Shown one piece after another: positions 12,201 to 25,009 of a stretch of 64,000 nucleotides of DNA (its first letter is position 1; each line of letters begins with the position of its first letter). The notes under the pieces are model-generated. The model worked only from the letters and a program-made list of their open reading frames with translations, was not told where the DNA came from and made no database searches. The stretch is from Macrostomum hystrix (Eukaryota; Animalia; Platyhelminthes): contig CATNEN010000024.1 of assembly GCA_950097015.1 (NCBI GenBank), positions 6,386,001-6,450,000 of the forward strand, written 5' to 3'. A program made the position numbers and the translations under genes.

Positions 12201-15200
12201 CAATCAAGTCTCATCTCCCACTCATTCACTCAATTGAGTCTCATCTCCCACTCATTCACTCAATCAAGTCTCATCTCCCACTCATTCACTCAATCAAGTC
12301 TCATCTCCCACTCATTCACTCAATCAAGTCTCATCTCCCACTCATTCACTCAATCAAGTCTCATGTCCCACTCATTCACTCAATCAAGTCTCATGTCCCA
12401 CTCATTCACTCAATCAAGTCTCATGTCCCACTCATTCACTCAATCAAGTCTCATGTCCCACTCATTCACTCAATCAAGTCTCATGTCCCACTCATTCACT
12501 CAATCAAGTCTCATGTCCCACTCATTCACTCAATCAAGTCTCATGTCCCACTCATTCACTCAATCAAGTCTCATGTCCCACTCATTCACTCAATCAAGTC
12601 TCATCATCTTGTGACTGGTTCGCAAAATTTTTAAAGAGAATTGACTATTTCGCATTTAACTTTAACTTGACGCACTACCATTATCATAATGACAATTTGC
12701 TTAGCGTGACCACTTTCGTCAAATTGCAAAAATGTCATCCCGACAGCCAATGCCAAGCAACTCAAATTACTGTGATGGGGTGTGGAAAGACATTTGCTAA
12801 ATTAAGTGACGTTTTCCAATCAGACCGAGGTATCTGAGGTCAGCTAAGGTCATCTTGACTTTGTAATCTCAAATAATTAACTGTAGATTAAATTGACAGA
12901 GAATCTTCTGAAGAATCTGATGATTGCGGGAGAATCCGTCGAGGAATCTGATGATTGCGGGAGAATCCGCCGAAGAATCTGATGATTCAGTGGGAATCCG
13001 CCGAGGAATCTGATGATTCAGTGGGAATCCGCCGAGGAATCTGATGATTGCGGGAGAATCCGCCGAGGAATCTGATGATTGCGGGAGAATCCGCCGAGGA
13101 ATCTGATGATTGCGGGAGAATCCGCCGAGGAATCTGATGATTGCGGGAGAATCCGCCGAGGAATCTGATGATTCAGTGGGAATCCGCCGAGGAATCTGAT
13201 GATTGCGGGAGAATCCGCCGAGGAATCTGATGATTGCGGGAGAATCCACCGAGGAATCTGATGATTGCGGGAGAATCCGCCGAGGAATCTGATGATTCAG
13301 TGGGAATCCGCCGAGGAATCTGATGATTGCGGGAGAATCCGCCGAGGAATCTGATGATTCAGTGGGAATCCGCCGAGGAATCTGATGACTCAGAGGGAAT
13401 CCGCCGAGGAATCTGATGATTCAGAGGGAATCCGCCGAGGAATCTGATGGAGCTTCAAATAGCAGAACAGTCTCCTAAATGTTCTTAAAGTAATTAATCA
13501 ATAAAGAAAACTAATTTGGACTCGCTAATATTGATCTCCTTGCGGAGTAATTTTCGTGAAATATAATCATTTTTAATGTATTGATGATCCTAATATTATA
13601 ATAAATAATGTTTTTTTGCCCAAGATTAAATCAAAGCGCATCAGTACAAGCGCCACGTGCAGACTCAAAAATAAAAAATTTATCCTATCGCTCGAGGCCT
13701 TGCCTCTGAGATAGTTTGCTATCCATCAGCAGCAGCAGCAGCAGCAGCAGCAGCCTCTCAGGGATCGGGGCTGTCAAAGTGTACTCCGCTTTCTCCTTTC
13801 TCTTTCTCACTTGAGTCTGGCGGAGCTGTGAGCAGTGCAGCGCTGGATCTTTATATGGCGATGGCAGAAAAGCAATTTGCATAGAGAGACACGCTCACAC
13901 ACTGAGGCCCAGCAATTCGCTACAAGTGCCAGGACCAAATGCAAATTATCTATTCTATAGCATATATGTGGCGCAATGCCGGAGAGCTAAGACATTGCTA
14001 TACACACTATGTGGCCGGAGGGGAAGGAGAAACCTAGAGGAGAAGGGGAGAGGCGACAAGTGGGGAAGTCTCCCCAATTCGCCACCGGCATTGCCGGCGA
14101 CCGCAAAAAAGTGAAAAAGAGTCCAAACTAAAAGGCTAAGCCTTTGAGCTGCTCTGCTCACAATTGGTGGCGAGAATGCCCTGAACAAATCCGCGGGCTT
14201 CGAGCTGTCCGTTGCAAGAACTCTTATTTTACTCACTTCTTTTAAAATACTCACGAGGCCAGGCTTCTTCTGTGCCAAGGCCCAACAATTCCACCTGCAT
14301 GCCCGACCCGGAGACTAAAACCTCCCCAAACTAATATCACACGCGGGATGTCGACGGTTGCTAAAAATGTGCGCGAGGGGAGCTGAAATGGGATCTAAAA
14401 ATTAGCGACAGAAGTAAAGAGAGCGAGGGGGAAGGAGTGAGGGAGAGCAGGTCATGGACTGAGCAGATAATTGTGAGGTTTTTGTGGGAAAGCCTTGCGG
14501 TGGACAGGATGCAGAGGAAGCTACAGTGGGATGTTGACGACTGGGGAACTGCTGGACTGGGGGGGGCGGGCGGGATAGAGAAAATTTCATGCCGCAGCTG
14601 GTTGCAGTTTCGCTTGGTTTCGATGTGGGGAAATGGAAAAAGGGAAATGGGATTAAGGAAGTGGAGGCTGAAAGAAGACGCAGCGAAGCGGCTGCAGGGC
14701 CAAAATAGGTCGCCCTGAAATGCAACTTTGCGCACAGCGGTCAGACTTTGAGCCCGCTATCGCCAGAGCTGCTCTCTTTCCCTCTCTCACCTTATCTCCG
14801 GCCTCCTGAGCGATCTGCATCTGCTGCTGGAAACGAGCCGCCGCTTCGTCCAGTCGGCCAAGCGTCTTCAGGGCGTTGCCTAGGTTACCAGAGGCCTTCG
14901 CCTCGCCGGCTTTGTCTAGCATCGACCTAGGGAGGTGGCGGGGCGATCGTAAATCGATATTTCGTGCAGGCAGGTTAGCTGTGCCGCGTGCGCCAAGTAG
15001 TATTTCCCCCCCCCCCCTAGAAATACAACAGTCCACAGGAAGCAAGGATTTATATTGATTTCAACTGGCAGTAAAGGCAGATAAGGATTATTGGCTACTT
15101 TAAGGCAAAAGTCAACTAATTGTTCATCGTAATAAATTAAGAAAATTTATTTGATTTTAGTATGCAAGCTCACTATAGACAGAATTGACAAAATAGATGT

Positions 15201-15726
15201 TGACAATAGATGTACGTACCTATAATTTGCTGTAAAAATGTACATTTTACGATTCACGACTTTAACCTGCTAAATTTTGCACATGCATTAGACAGCCGCT
15301 AGTTAGATTAAGTCTAATTCTAATTAAGTCTCGTAATTGAGCTATATGCAGTCTGTATCGAATGCAATTTGATACTTAAACAATTAATTCCTTTGAAAGC
15401 ACTTTTTTTAACAAGTTGCGAGCAAGTAAATTGTGTCAGACTTTCATTGCATTTCAGATCAATACTTACCTGCTTAGATCGTAGTCAAGCAGATGAAAAC
15501 TAAGCGCCTTGTCGTATTTTTCTAGATAAAAATATGCATTGCCAAGCTGACAGTAGAGAATTGAGCGCAACTTCTGACTGTCAGTTAGAAGCAAAGCGGA
15601 CTCTAGCAGTCGTACTCCGTGCTCGTGTTTTCCCTGTTGGCAAAGCAATTCTCCTTGGTGAGCTAGTTGAACACATTTCTGTTGCTGCAAGTCCAAGTGA
15701 TCTTCATCGTTTACTGGCTCCGTCAT
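9231..15726 (-). CDS. GPSM2: G-protein signalling modulator (pins/LGN/AGS3 family): TPR repeats plus GoLoco motifs; exons 15726-15470, 14926-14791, 11495-10840, 9915-9231; 577 aa
   Basis: LYCQLGNAYFYLEKYDKAL, GEAKASGNLGNALKTLG, ACWLLGNARTLMRDYAGAVASHERHL, LGASQACLSLSNA; GoLoco AFWDLVSRCQGRRMDEQR and AFFDMLARHQASRIDDQR; splice phases 2,0,2 are consistent. GPSM1 versus GPSM2 cannot be distinguished. Confidence 0.92.
9940..10716. repeat. 21-bp minisatellite CTGAATCCCTTGTCACTCCCA (GPSM2 intron 3)
   Basis: About 37 copies; includes a 206-bp higher-order duplication. Confidence 0.93.
11511..12604. repeat. 30-bp minisatellite AATCAAGTCTCATGTCCCACTCATTCACTC (GPSM2 intron 2)
   Basis: About 36 copies, ending about 15 nt from the 3' splice site. 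Confidence 0.95.
12900..13449. repeat. 30/31-bp minisatellite GAGGAATCTGATGATTGCGGGAGAATCCGCC (GPSM2 intron 2)
   Basis: About 18 copies in two variants. Confidence 0.93.
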
Positions 15727-18518
15727 CTAAAATGAGAATCGTGAAACGAATTGAAAGCTTATCACGTCAGAGACGCATTTATTTATCACCATACCTCATA
15801 CCTAGACACCATATCTAGGCATGCTTTAGCTTAATCAGGTTCTATTTGCGCTTAAAAGTGCTTTTTGGAAATAACTTTAATTAAAAAATAAAAGTGAGAC
15901 TAAAAATAAAGGCTCTCCGAGATTTTCAATAAAAAAATGCTATGAACATTAAAAAAAATAGAAAATTCGCAGCAACTGTTACGATCCTTATGATCAGCAT
16001 ATGAAGTTTATTTTCAATCTCAACTCAGGGACAACTGAAACAACTGAAACAACATGAATCTCAACTAATCATAAAAATATACATAACTATGAATATTGCA
16101 GGCTGCAGCTCGTTCTGCAAAACATAAATAAGTTTTATGTATGTATGCGTAGTTCTCAACAGGTTCCTATTGGAGATGACTATAAAAACCTATTCCAGAC
16201 GAAAATGATTACTAAACAAATAAACTCCGTTTCCAAATTGTACAAATCTTTGAGCCGATTAGGTTTATTTCGGAATCTATATGTCAAAACTCACCATGTC
16301 CTATTTAAATTAAGTTATGCAACTCCAATCGTCGTTTCGAAGAACAATTCTTCCTCAAAGCAGTACCCAGCCAGACACAGCGGTGGGAAAGTGTTCATGA
16401 TGAAAAAACGCAGATTTGAGTTACTGAGTTTTTCTATTATTTATTTGCATCAAAATTTCATGTTTTTAAACTAATCGAATGGTTTTTGAAGCAGTATTTT
16501 TAAACAATTGGATAATTTAAATTTCTTAGCGAAATTGTTTGGTTATACTTTATGCTTTTTTCAACTGAGTTTTCGCGTAACTTGTTCGAGCGCTTTAAAT
16601 ACATGCAAACATATGCAAATATGCAGACATCATGATGTGAAGCTCATTTCATGAAGACATCATCATGAAAAGAGCAGCATTTTTTTCAATTTTCAAACTT
16701 GTATTTACATCATCAGTAATGTAAAGTCACTGACACAATCAACTTATAGCTAACTGATGCTAATTTAGATATCACCTTGTTTGTGTACTGCTAGCTTTTC
16801 TTATGTTGTTACATATGGTAGTAAGACGTTAGAGTAATGCTCAGTTTAGCTAATCAAATTTATGCTAAAAATCTTTCATTTCATGGGCCTAATAGGTATA
16901 TGCTTATGTCTGTATTGGTGTCTTAATTAGTTAGAGTGCATGAATATTATCGATATAGCCAAGGCAAGGACCGAGGTAATAAAAGGTAGGGCCTAAAGCA
17001 GAATATTGTTTTAAAACGAATTTTAGGTCTCACAAGTTTATAGTACAGGCAGGAATGTAACAAAAACATTAATTAGCCACCTATTTTATAAAGCTCAATG
17101 ATAATTAAATGATTTATCATTCAAATTTCCAAAAATAAATTTTGATTACCAGTTAATTGTCCAAATTATGATTTTTTTGTTTATAATTTTAGTTACAAAA
17201 TTTTTAAAACTTTTAAAAAGAGTTGAACAAAATTCAAAAAGTTTTAAAATAAATTTCAGTATTGCTTGCACACCCTTAGATGCATTCAGCATAGAATACA
17301 GACATTCCACTCACTGACTCACATTTCTTTTGATCCATTTAGGGTTTTCAATTTTATCATATGGGCCATTTCATTGCTCAGAATTTTTGCCTGGCTTAAT
17401 GCTAGGCAGGCCTTTGTGCAAACATCATGATATTAAGTTTTACAGTATAATTCAACCAAATTCCTTTCCCAGATGCCTTTTAATAGTTGTAAGACCCCAC
17501 TAATCTTATTATAAGAAGAAAAGATTGTCTTAACATAAAAAACCTTAAGATAATAATTAGATGTTAATGGAATGGGTTATTAACAATCTGTATTACAGAA
17601 TATTACGTACAAAATGAATGAATTTATCATTACAATGTATATTTTAATTTTATTATAATATAGGGCCTATCTAGCTAATTATCTAAGACATAGGTAGACA
17701 TGGCACAAAAAAGTATAAGTAGACAGTGCTCAACCTGATGATCATTGGCCTTATCCTTGCTATGCCAATAATTTTCAGCTTATCTATATAAGAAATGTTT
17801 GAACCATATAAATTTTTTAAAAATCTAACTAATAAGTATCACATATAAAAAATCAAAGATGTTGAATAACCATGCAAGTGATAATTGTTATGCTGTATTG
17901 CAGCATTCCACTGTTTAGGCAAGTTATTGAATGTTGTCATTGATACATAAAATATTAGTATGGAAAGGTCCACAAGGCCACATTGTGCTATAGTATGGCA
18001 CAAAAATATGTGCACTAAATCACAGCTATTCCATGCCAGCTGTCTCACTGGATATGTCAATATGATCTGCAATTGGTAAAAATTTATTTTATGGTGTTAA
18101 AATTGTAATCTTGCTAGAATATAGTATTGAAGGAAATGATACAGAATTAGTTAATGTAATTGTTGGATAGAGCTATTAAATGAAGTTAACTAAAAAGGAA
18201 TAAAAAACAGTTACCAGTTTCAGAAAAGATTTATCTTTGGAGGACTAGGATATAAATTTTAAAGAGAAATGCCTAAAATTTATAGAAAATAAGCTATAAA
18301 GTTATGCTAACAGTTAGAAAAGTAGAACTACTAATTCCCTTAGCTGTATATTTATTATCTACCTTGTAAAAAACTACTAAATGTTTTTTAAAAGTCTATT
18401 AAAATTCAAGAATTTTCTCCTAAGTAGAATTCTCATACTTTTGATAATAATACAATTTTAAAATCGCCTCATTTTTGTGCTTTTTTAACGGTTTATTCCA
18501 GCCAATAACGCCAGCATC

Positions 18519-19631
18519 ATGGTCAAGGGAGACAAGCGCAAATGGAAGGAAGGCTTCTTTGAGAAGCTAACAGCCCTGCTGAACGAGTACTCCAAGGCTT
18601 TCATTGTCAGCGTGGACAATGTCGGCTCAAATCAGATGCAACAGATCAGGCAGTCGATGCGCAATGAAGCCGTGATCCTAATTGGCAAGAACACCATGAT
18701 CAGAAAGGTAGTGCGCGCCATGCTCGAGGACCATCCCACCCTTGAGAAGCTGCTGCCCCATGTTCGCCTGAACGTTGGCTTTGTGTTCACAAATCAGGAT
18801 CTGAACGAGGTGCGGACCAAGATCGAAGCCAACCAGGTGGCCGCCCCTGCCAGGGCTGGCGCTATCGCCCCATGCGATGTTGTTGTTCCGGCTCAGAACA
18901 CCGGCCTTGGACCAGAGAAGACCAGCTTCTTTCAGGCGTTGAACATCCAGACTAAGATTACTCGAGGCACCATTGAAATCTTGTCGGATGTGCCGCTGAT
19001 TAAGAAGAACACCAAGGTAATGTTTGTTGGTGTGTTGTCACATATGTCACATATTAAGGAAAAGCGATACTTTCATTCGAATGGCAACGAAAATTATGCA
19101 CATGCCGGCTATGCATTTTTTACATAAATTCCGTGTACTTAATTGTTACTTTTAAACTCCTCCCAAACACAGGTCGGCCAGTCCGAGGCCACGCTGCTCA
19201 ACATGCTGAAGATTTCGCCGTTCTCTTACGGCCTTCGCATTCGCCAGGTTTACGACAATGGCAGCGTGTTCGGACCACAGGTGCTGGACATTCGCGACGA
19301 GGACATCCGGGCCAGATTTCTGGCCGGCAGTCGCCGCATCGCCGCCCTGTCTCTGCAGCTGGGGGTGCCAACTCTGGCCTCGGCGCCTCATTCCATCGTC
19401 AACGCGTTCAAACGCTGCTTAGCCGTCGCCGTTGAGACCGACTACGAATTCCCCTTGGCCAAGACTGTCAAGGAGTACCTGAAGGATCCCAGCAAGTTTG
19501 CCGCCGCCGCCGCTCCGGCTGCTGCTCCGGCCGCTGCCGCCGCCGCTGCGCCGGCCGCCAAGAAGGAAGAGAAGAAGGCTGAGAGCTCCGAGGAGTCGGA
19601 CGACGACATGGGCATGAGCCTGTTCGATTGA
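18519..19631 (+). CDS. RPLP0: 60S acidic ribosomal protein P0 (uL10); exons 18519-19016, 19173-19631; 318 aa
   Basis: [57 protein letters not shown], an Ala-rich hinge and the [14 protein letters not shown]-terminus; phase-0 GT-AG intron. Confidence 0.98.
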
Positions 19632-20239
19632 TCCCAGCACCTGATTGGCCAGGCTATGGGTTTTGAAGAGAGACAATTGTGAATTGAATGCTTTGCGGGA
19701 CTGAAGGATCTAGGTAGAATGAAAATTGAAAGAGAAAAAAATATTTATAACAAATTCAAACACAGAGCTATTCCGGTTCTGGAGTGTGCATTCCCCCATC
19801 GGTGGGGAAGCACGGTTTTGCTTGGATTGAATTCCGTTTTTTGCTTGTTCCCTTGTTTTCTACACGTATATCCCTAGCATTATATTTTAGTTTTTAGATT
19901 TAGAAGTAGTTAGTTAGTTCATTCAAGGACGTGAAATTATCTTAGCGTCAAACAGCAAATGTATTTCGATTAAGGAATTTAACTAGACAAATCGATTTAC
20001 AAAATGCTTATTAAATTGACGCAATATTACCTGTGACGAGTGAAAAATCACCTGCTGAATAAGTAATTAGGTAGTTTTTCAGCGGGATCAAATCACTCTA
20101 ACAGGTTGAACGCGATGAACTTTATGTTTACAAAATTGTTCATATATTTTAGCTCCTAGTTCTCACCTGACCATTTTTCTTCTAATACCCACCTGACTAA
20201 ACTTTTGATTATCCTAGTTCTAACGTGAAGAGATATCTT

Positions 20240-21660
20240 CCAATTCTCACTTGATCAAATATCTAATTCTCCCAATTCTCACCTGATCAAATATCTAATT
20301 CTCCCAATTCTCACCTGATCAAATATCTAATTCTCCCAATTCTCACCTGATCGAATATCTAATTCCCCCAATTCTCACCTGATCGAATATCTAATTCCCC
20401 CAATTCTCACCTGATCGAATATCTAATACTCCCAATTCTCACCTGATCGAATATCTAATACTCCCAATTCTCACCTGATCAAATATCTAATTCTCCCAAT
20501 TCTCACCTGATCAAATATCTAATTCTCCCAATTCTCACTTGATCAAATATCTAATTCTCCCAATTCTCACCTGATCGAATATCTAATTCTCCCAATTCTC
20601 ACCTGATCGAATATCTAATTCCCCCAATTCTCACCTGATCGAATATCTAATACTCCCAATTCTCACCTGATCGAATATCTAATACTCCCAATTCTCACCT
20701 GATCGAATATCTAATACTCCCAATTCTCACCTGATCGAATATCTAATTCTCCCAATTCTCACCTGATCGAATATCTAATACTCCCAATTCTCACCTGATC
20801 AAATATCTAATTCTCCCAATTCTCACCGGATCGAATATCTAATTCTCCCAATTCTCACCTGATCAAATATATAATTCTCCCAATTCTCACCTGATCGAAT
20901 ATCTAATTCTCCCAATTCTCACCTGATCGAAAATCTAATACTCCCAATTCTCACCTGATCAAATATCTAATTCTCCCAATTCTCACCTGATCGAATATCT
21001 AATTCTCCCAATTCTCACCTGATCGAATATCTAATTCCCCAATTCTCCAAATAGATCTAATTCTCCAATTAGATCGAATATCTAATTCCCCCAATTCTCA
21101 CGTGATCGATGAAATATCTAATTCCCCAATTCTCCAATTAGATTTAATTCCCCAATTAGATCGAATATCTAATTCCCCCATTTCTCACCTGATCGATCGA
21201 ATATCTAATTCCCCCAATTCTCACCTGATCAAATATCTTAATTCCCCCAATTCTCACCAGATCAAATATCTAATTCCCCCCAATTCTCACCTGATCAAAT
21301 ATCTAATACTCCCATTCTCACCTAATCAATCTCCAACTCTCACCTGATCAATCTCCAACTCTCACCTGATCAATCTCAAACTCTCACCTGATCAATCTCC
21401 AATTCTCACCTGATCAATCTCCAACTCTCACCTGATCAATCTCCAACTCTCACCTGATCAATCTCCAACTCTCACCTGATCAATCTCCAATTCTTACCTA
21501 ATCAATCTCCAATTCTTACCTAATCAATCTCCAATTCTTACCTGATCAATCTCCAATTCTTACCTAATCAATCTCCAATTCTCACCTGATCAATTTCCAA
21601 CTCTCACCTGATCAATCTCCAATTCTTACCTAATCAATCTCCAATTCTCACCTGATCATT
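20240..21660. repeat. 32-bp minisatellite TCTAATTCTCCCAATTCTCACCTGATCAAATA grading into a 21-bp derivative CTCACCTGATCAATCTCCAAT
   Basis: Fills most of the spacer between RPLP0 and the four-TM gene. Confidence 0.93.
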
Positions 21661-21929
21661 CTTTAATTCTCACAATTCTGACCTGACAAAATGTCTCATA
21701 CTTTAAATTCTCAGTTAAAAAAACTATTTCAAAGACATTCTCAACTTGTCCTTATGCTAATTTCAATTTATTCATCATGTTTTAATGATAACATATTTTT
21801 GCAATTAAATTTCTATTATTACAGTGGTAGCAACACGAAACCAGAGTCCACAGACCCCACTTATTTAGCGTCTGTCTGGGACACCTTTATACAATGAACG
21901 CATAAAGATAACGCAGACTCACTAGCTCA

Positions 21930-23913
21930 ATGGCTCCGCCTAGACGTCGCTGCTTGCTGGATTGCAGGCGGGCGCGCAACGAGAATCTATTAGTGATGTC
22001 ACTAATTCAGGGCCTTTGCGGCCTGTGCGCAATCATTCTGTCATCGGTGTCGCTTGCTTCAGCTGCTCCCAAGCCACCATTGCCGCCACTAGACAAGGCG
22101 GCTTGCCTGGTGTCCGGTCTAGTGATGCTCGTCACCTCAGTGCACGGACTTGTCACCAGTCGGCGGAAAACCTACTGCACCGTGCTGGCATTGCTAGTGA
22201 GTGATCTCTCTACTTCAGGTTAGCTCTGGCTATCCCAGTCCCCTGTACTTCAGGTTAGCTCTGGCTATCCCAGTCCCCTGTACTTCATGTTAGCTCTGGC
22301 TATCCCAGTCCCCTGTACTTCAGGTTAGCTCTGGCTATCCCAGTCCCCTGTACTTCAGGTTAGCTCTGGCTATCCCAGTCCCCTGTACTTCAGGTTAGCT
22401 CTGGCTATCCCAGTCCCCTGTACTTCAGGTTAGCTCTGGCTATCCCAGTCCCCTGTACTTCAGGTTAGCTCTGGCTATCCCAGTCCCCTGTACTTCATGT
22501 TAGCTCTGGCTATCCCAGTCCCCTGTACTTCAGGTTAGCTCTGGCTATCCCAGTCCCCTGTACTTCAGGTTAGCTCTGGCTATCCCAGTCCCCTGTACTT
22601 CAGGTTAGCTCTGGCTATCCCAGTCCCCTGTACTTCATGTTAGCTCTGGCTATCCCAGTCCCCTGTACTTCAGGTTAGCTCTGGCTATCCCAGTCCCCTG
22701 TACTTCAGGTTAGCTCTGGCTATCCCAGTCCCCTGTACTTCATGTTAGCTCTGGCTATCCCAGTCCCCTGTACTTCATGTTAGCTCTGGCTATCCCAGTC
22801 CCCTGTACTTCAGGTTAGCTCTGGCTATCCCAGTCCCCTGTACTTCAGGTTAGCTCTGGCTATCCCAGTCCCCTGTACTTCAGGTTAGCTCTGGCTATCC
22901 CAGTCCCCTGTACTTCATGTTAGCTCTGGCTATCCCAGTCCCCTGTACTTCAGGTTAGCTCTGGCTATCCCAGTCCCCTGTACTTCAGGTTAGCTCTGGC
23001 TATCCCAGTCCCCTGTACTTCAGGTTAGCTCTGGCTATCCCAGTCCCCTGTACTTCATGTTAGCTCTGGCTATCCCAGTCCCCTGTACTTCAGGTTAGCT
23101 CTGGCTATCCCAGTCCCCTGTACTTCAGGTTAGCTCTGGCTATCCCAGTCCCCTGTACTTCAGGTTAGCTCTGGCTATCCCAGTCCCCTGTACTTCAGGT
23201 TAGCTCTGGCTATCCCAGTCCCCTGTACTTCAGGTTAGCTCTGGCTATCCCAGTCCCCTGTACTTCAGGTTAGCTCTGCCTGTCCCAGTCCCCTGTACTT
23301 CAGGTTAGCTCTGGCTATCGCAATCCTTCAGCTACGTCTCCCAGTTACTTTAGATAATCATCAAAAATGTAGAAATTCACATTTGCATTTTTATCTGCTG
23401 CTTACTACTGTCAGTAGCATGTTTGGGATTGTTTAACGATTAAATCGCTGTATCGATCAGGTGCTATGTATACTGTCCTGCATCGCCAATGCCAGTCTGT
23501 TGCTATCCTGCGCCTGCGGCTTGTATCACTTTGTCTCCGGGTATCACAGCGTAGGCGCTTCAAGCATTAGCTCCTCTTCGTTGGCCCTGTCAGATTTAGT
23601 GATTAGCATTCTGTTATTGCTGATTGGCCTGCTCGACCTGGGCGTGGCTGTCGCCTGCGGCGTTCTGTGCGGCCGTCAGGTGTGTCGGCACGATCCGCGC
23701 ATCGGCCTGCATCCAGGCGGCCGCGGCCTAATAGTACTGCAGCTTCGGGAAAACCTGCTGCCGCCGCCTCCTGCTTACGCTGCTGGCCCAGCCACGATTA
23801 GCAGGCTGACTGCACCGCCGCCGGCGCCGTTACTGCTACCTCTGCAACCGTTGAATGTTCCGCTGCCACCGCAGTACAGCAGTAGCTATAGCCTAGAAGT
23901 TACTACCAATTGA
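21930..23913 (+). CDS. Four-transmembrane protein (CD20/MS4A-like topology) with a Pro-rich tail carrying PPAY and PPQY; exons 21930-22196, 23461-23913; 239 aa
   Basis: Four hydrophobic, Cys-rich segments across two GC-rich exons joined by CTA|GTGAGT ... GATCAG|GTG (phase 0). Family assignment is from topology only. Confidence 0.72.
22211..23320. repeat. 35-bp minisatellite TACTTCAGGTTAGCTCTGGCTATCCCAGTCCCCTG (four-TM gene intron)
   Basis: About 31 near-identical copies, starting 14 nt after the donor. Confidence 0.95.
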
Positions 23914-24009
23914 TGCAATGCCACTAATCTGTACTCGAACTTTATCTGCTTGCGAAAAAAATTGCTTGATTAAAATAAATATGTTACTTTACCTACAGAA
24001 TTCTATGAC

Positions 24010-24235
24010 ATATTGCTTAGTAGGGGCAGATGTACTGTAACCAGGGGCACAGCCACAGCTATTGCACTTTCAGAGGCTGCTTATAGCTGTTCAGTCCATG
24101 GACTGGATATCCCGGCTGGATGGACTGAAGGTCTAGGCAACTATATATCTTGCTCAATTACACTAAGTATTCCGCTTCGGTTGGGAATCGATCTCCCGAC
24201 CTCTAGGTCAAAAATGCAAAGCTCAGACCAATTTA
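24010..24235 (-). mobile_element. Diverged SINE related to family A
   Basis: GGGGCAGATGT...GCACAGCCACAGCT...CAGAGGCTGCTTATAGCTGTTCAGTCCATGGACTGG matches the family A 3' tail; degenerate B box (GGGAATCGATCT) near 24185. Confidence 0.6.
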
Positions 24236-25009
24236 CAAGCTCCCAAAGATTTCCCTTAATTGTCAGATCCTTTTATTATTGATCCAGTTTTTAGTTTCCT
24301 GCAGATTTGTAGATTTACTTTTCCAATACCCCTTGGTGCTTCTGTCTGACGCAGAGACGCATGCATTGCTGGTCAATAGTTATTTTCATTTGAGGTAACC
24401 GAACTTTCCTTATAGCCTTTTGTATAAGTTTGAGTTTAGCACATCTAATTTCAGAGTTTCTTATTTCTAAATTTACCACCTCTACAGCCTTACATTCAAT
24501 TCACTGTACACAATCACTGCCCTACGCTTCCATTGTATTCATTTGCGAAAATTATCTTTCTTTTGGCAAATTTGTTTTATGGCTTAACACGTGGACTTGT
24601 TTTTGTAGTTTTCTGTGACTTCACTTATTTTTTTTCAATGTTTGTTTTTGAAGATCTGGACCATGTGCTCTGACAACTTGCTTGCCCATATTTTTGAAAC
24701 TCAGTTCTTTTACGAGTAATTCTAAGATTAATTTGCGCAGAAACACTCAAAAAGTCTGTCATTATTACGCGTGATTCCTAGTAAAAAATACAATTTTATA
24801 ATTACTCAAATGATTTCACAGATTTACGAAGCTAACATTTTATTCATATTTTTTCTGTGCCAATTTGCTTTTTAGGAAATATTTTTTCTTTTTGGCAAAA
24901 TTACAAAAAATTATACATTTGAATTTTGACATAAAAACTTGTACTTTGTTGTATTCTTATTTTTACTCGTATTAGATGATTCTGTCAATTTTATTATAAC
25001 TATTAGATA

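Noticed and set aside
11360-12634. 424-aa and 353-aa repeat ORFs (SHVPLIHSIK)
   Set aside because: A 30-bp minisatellite antisense within GPSM2 intron 2; open only because the unit length is a multiple of 3.
15800-18480. AT-rich GPSM2-RPLP0 spacer ORFs (16145-16474, 17839-18072) and a possible spliced-leader RNA gene
   Set aside because: The ORFs have non-coding composition and no motifs, and I found no recognisable SL exon or Sm-site hairpin here or elsewhere in the window.
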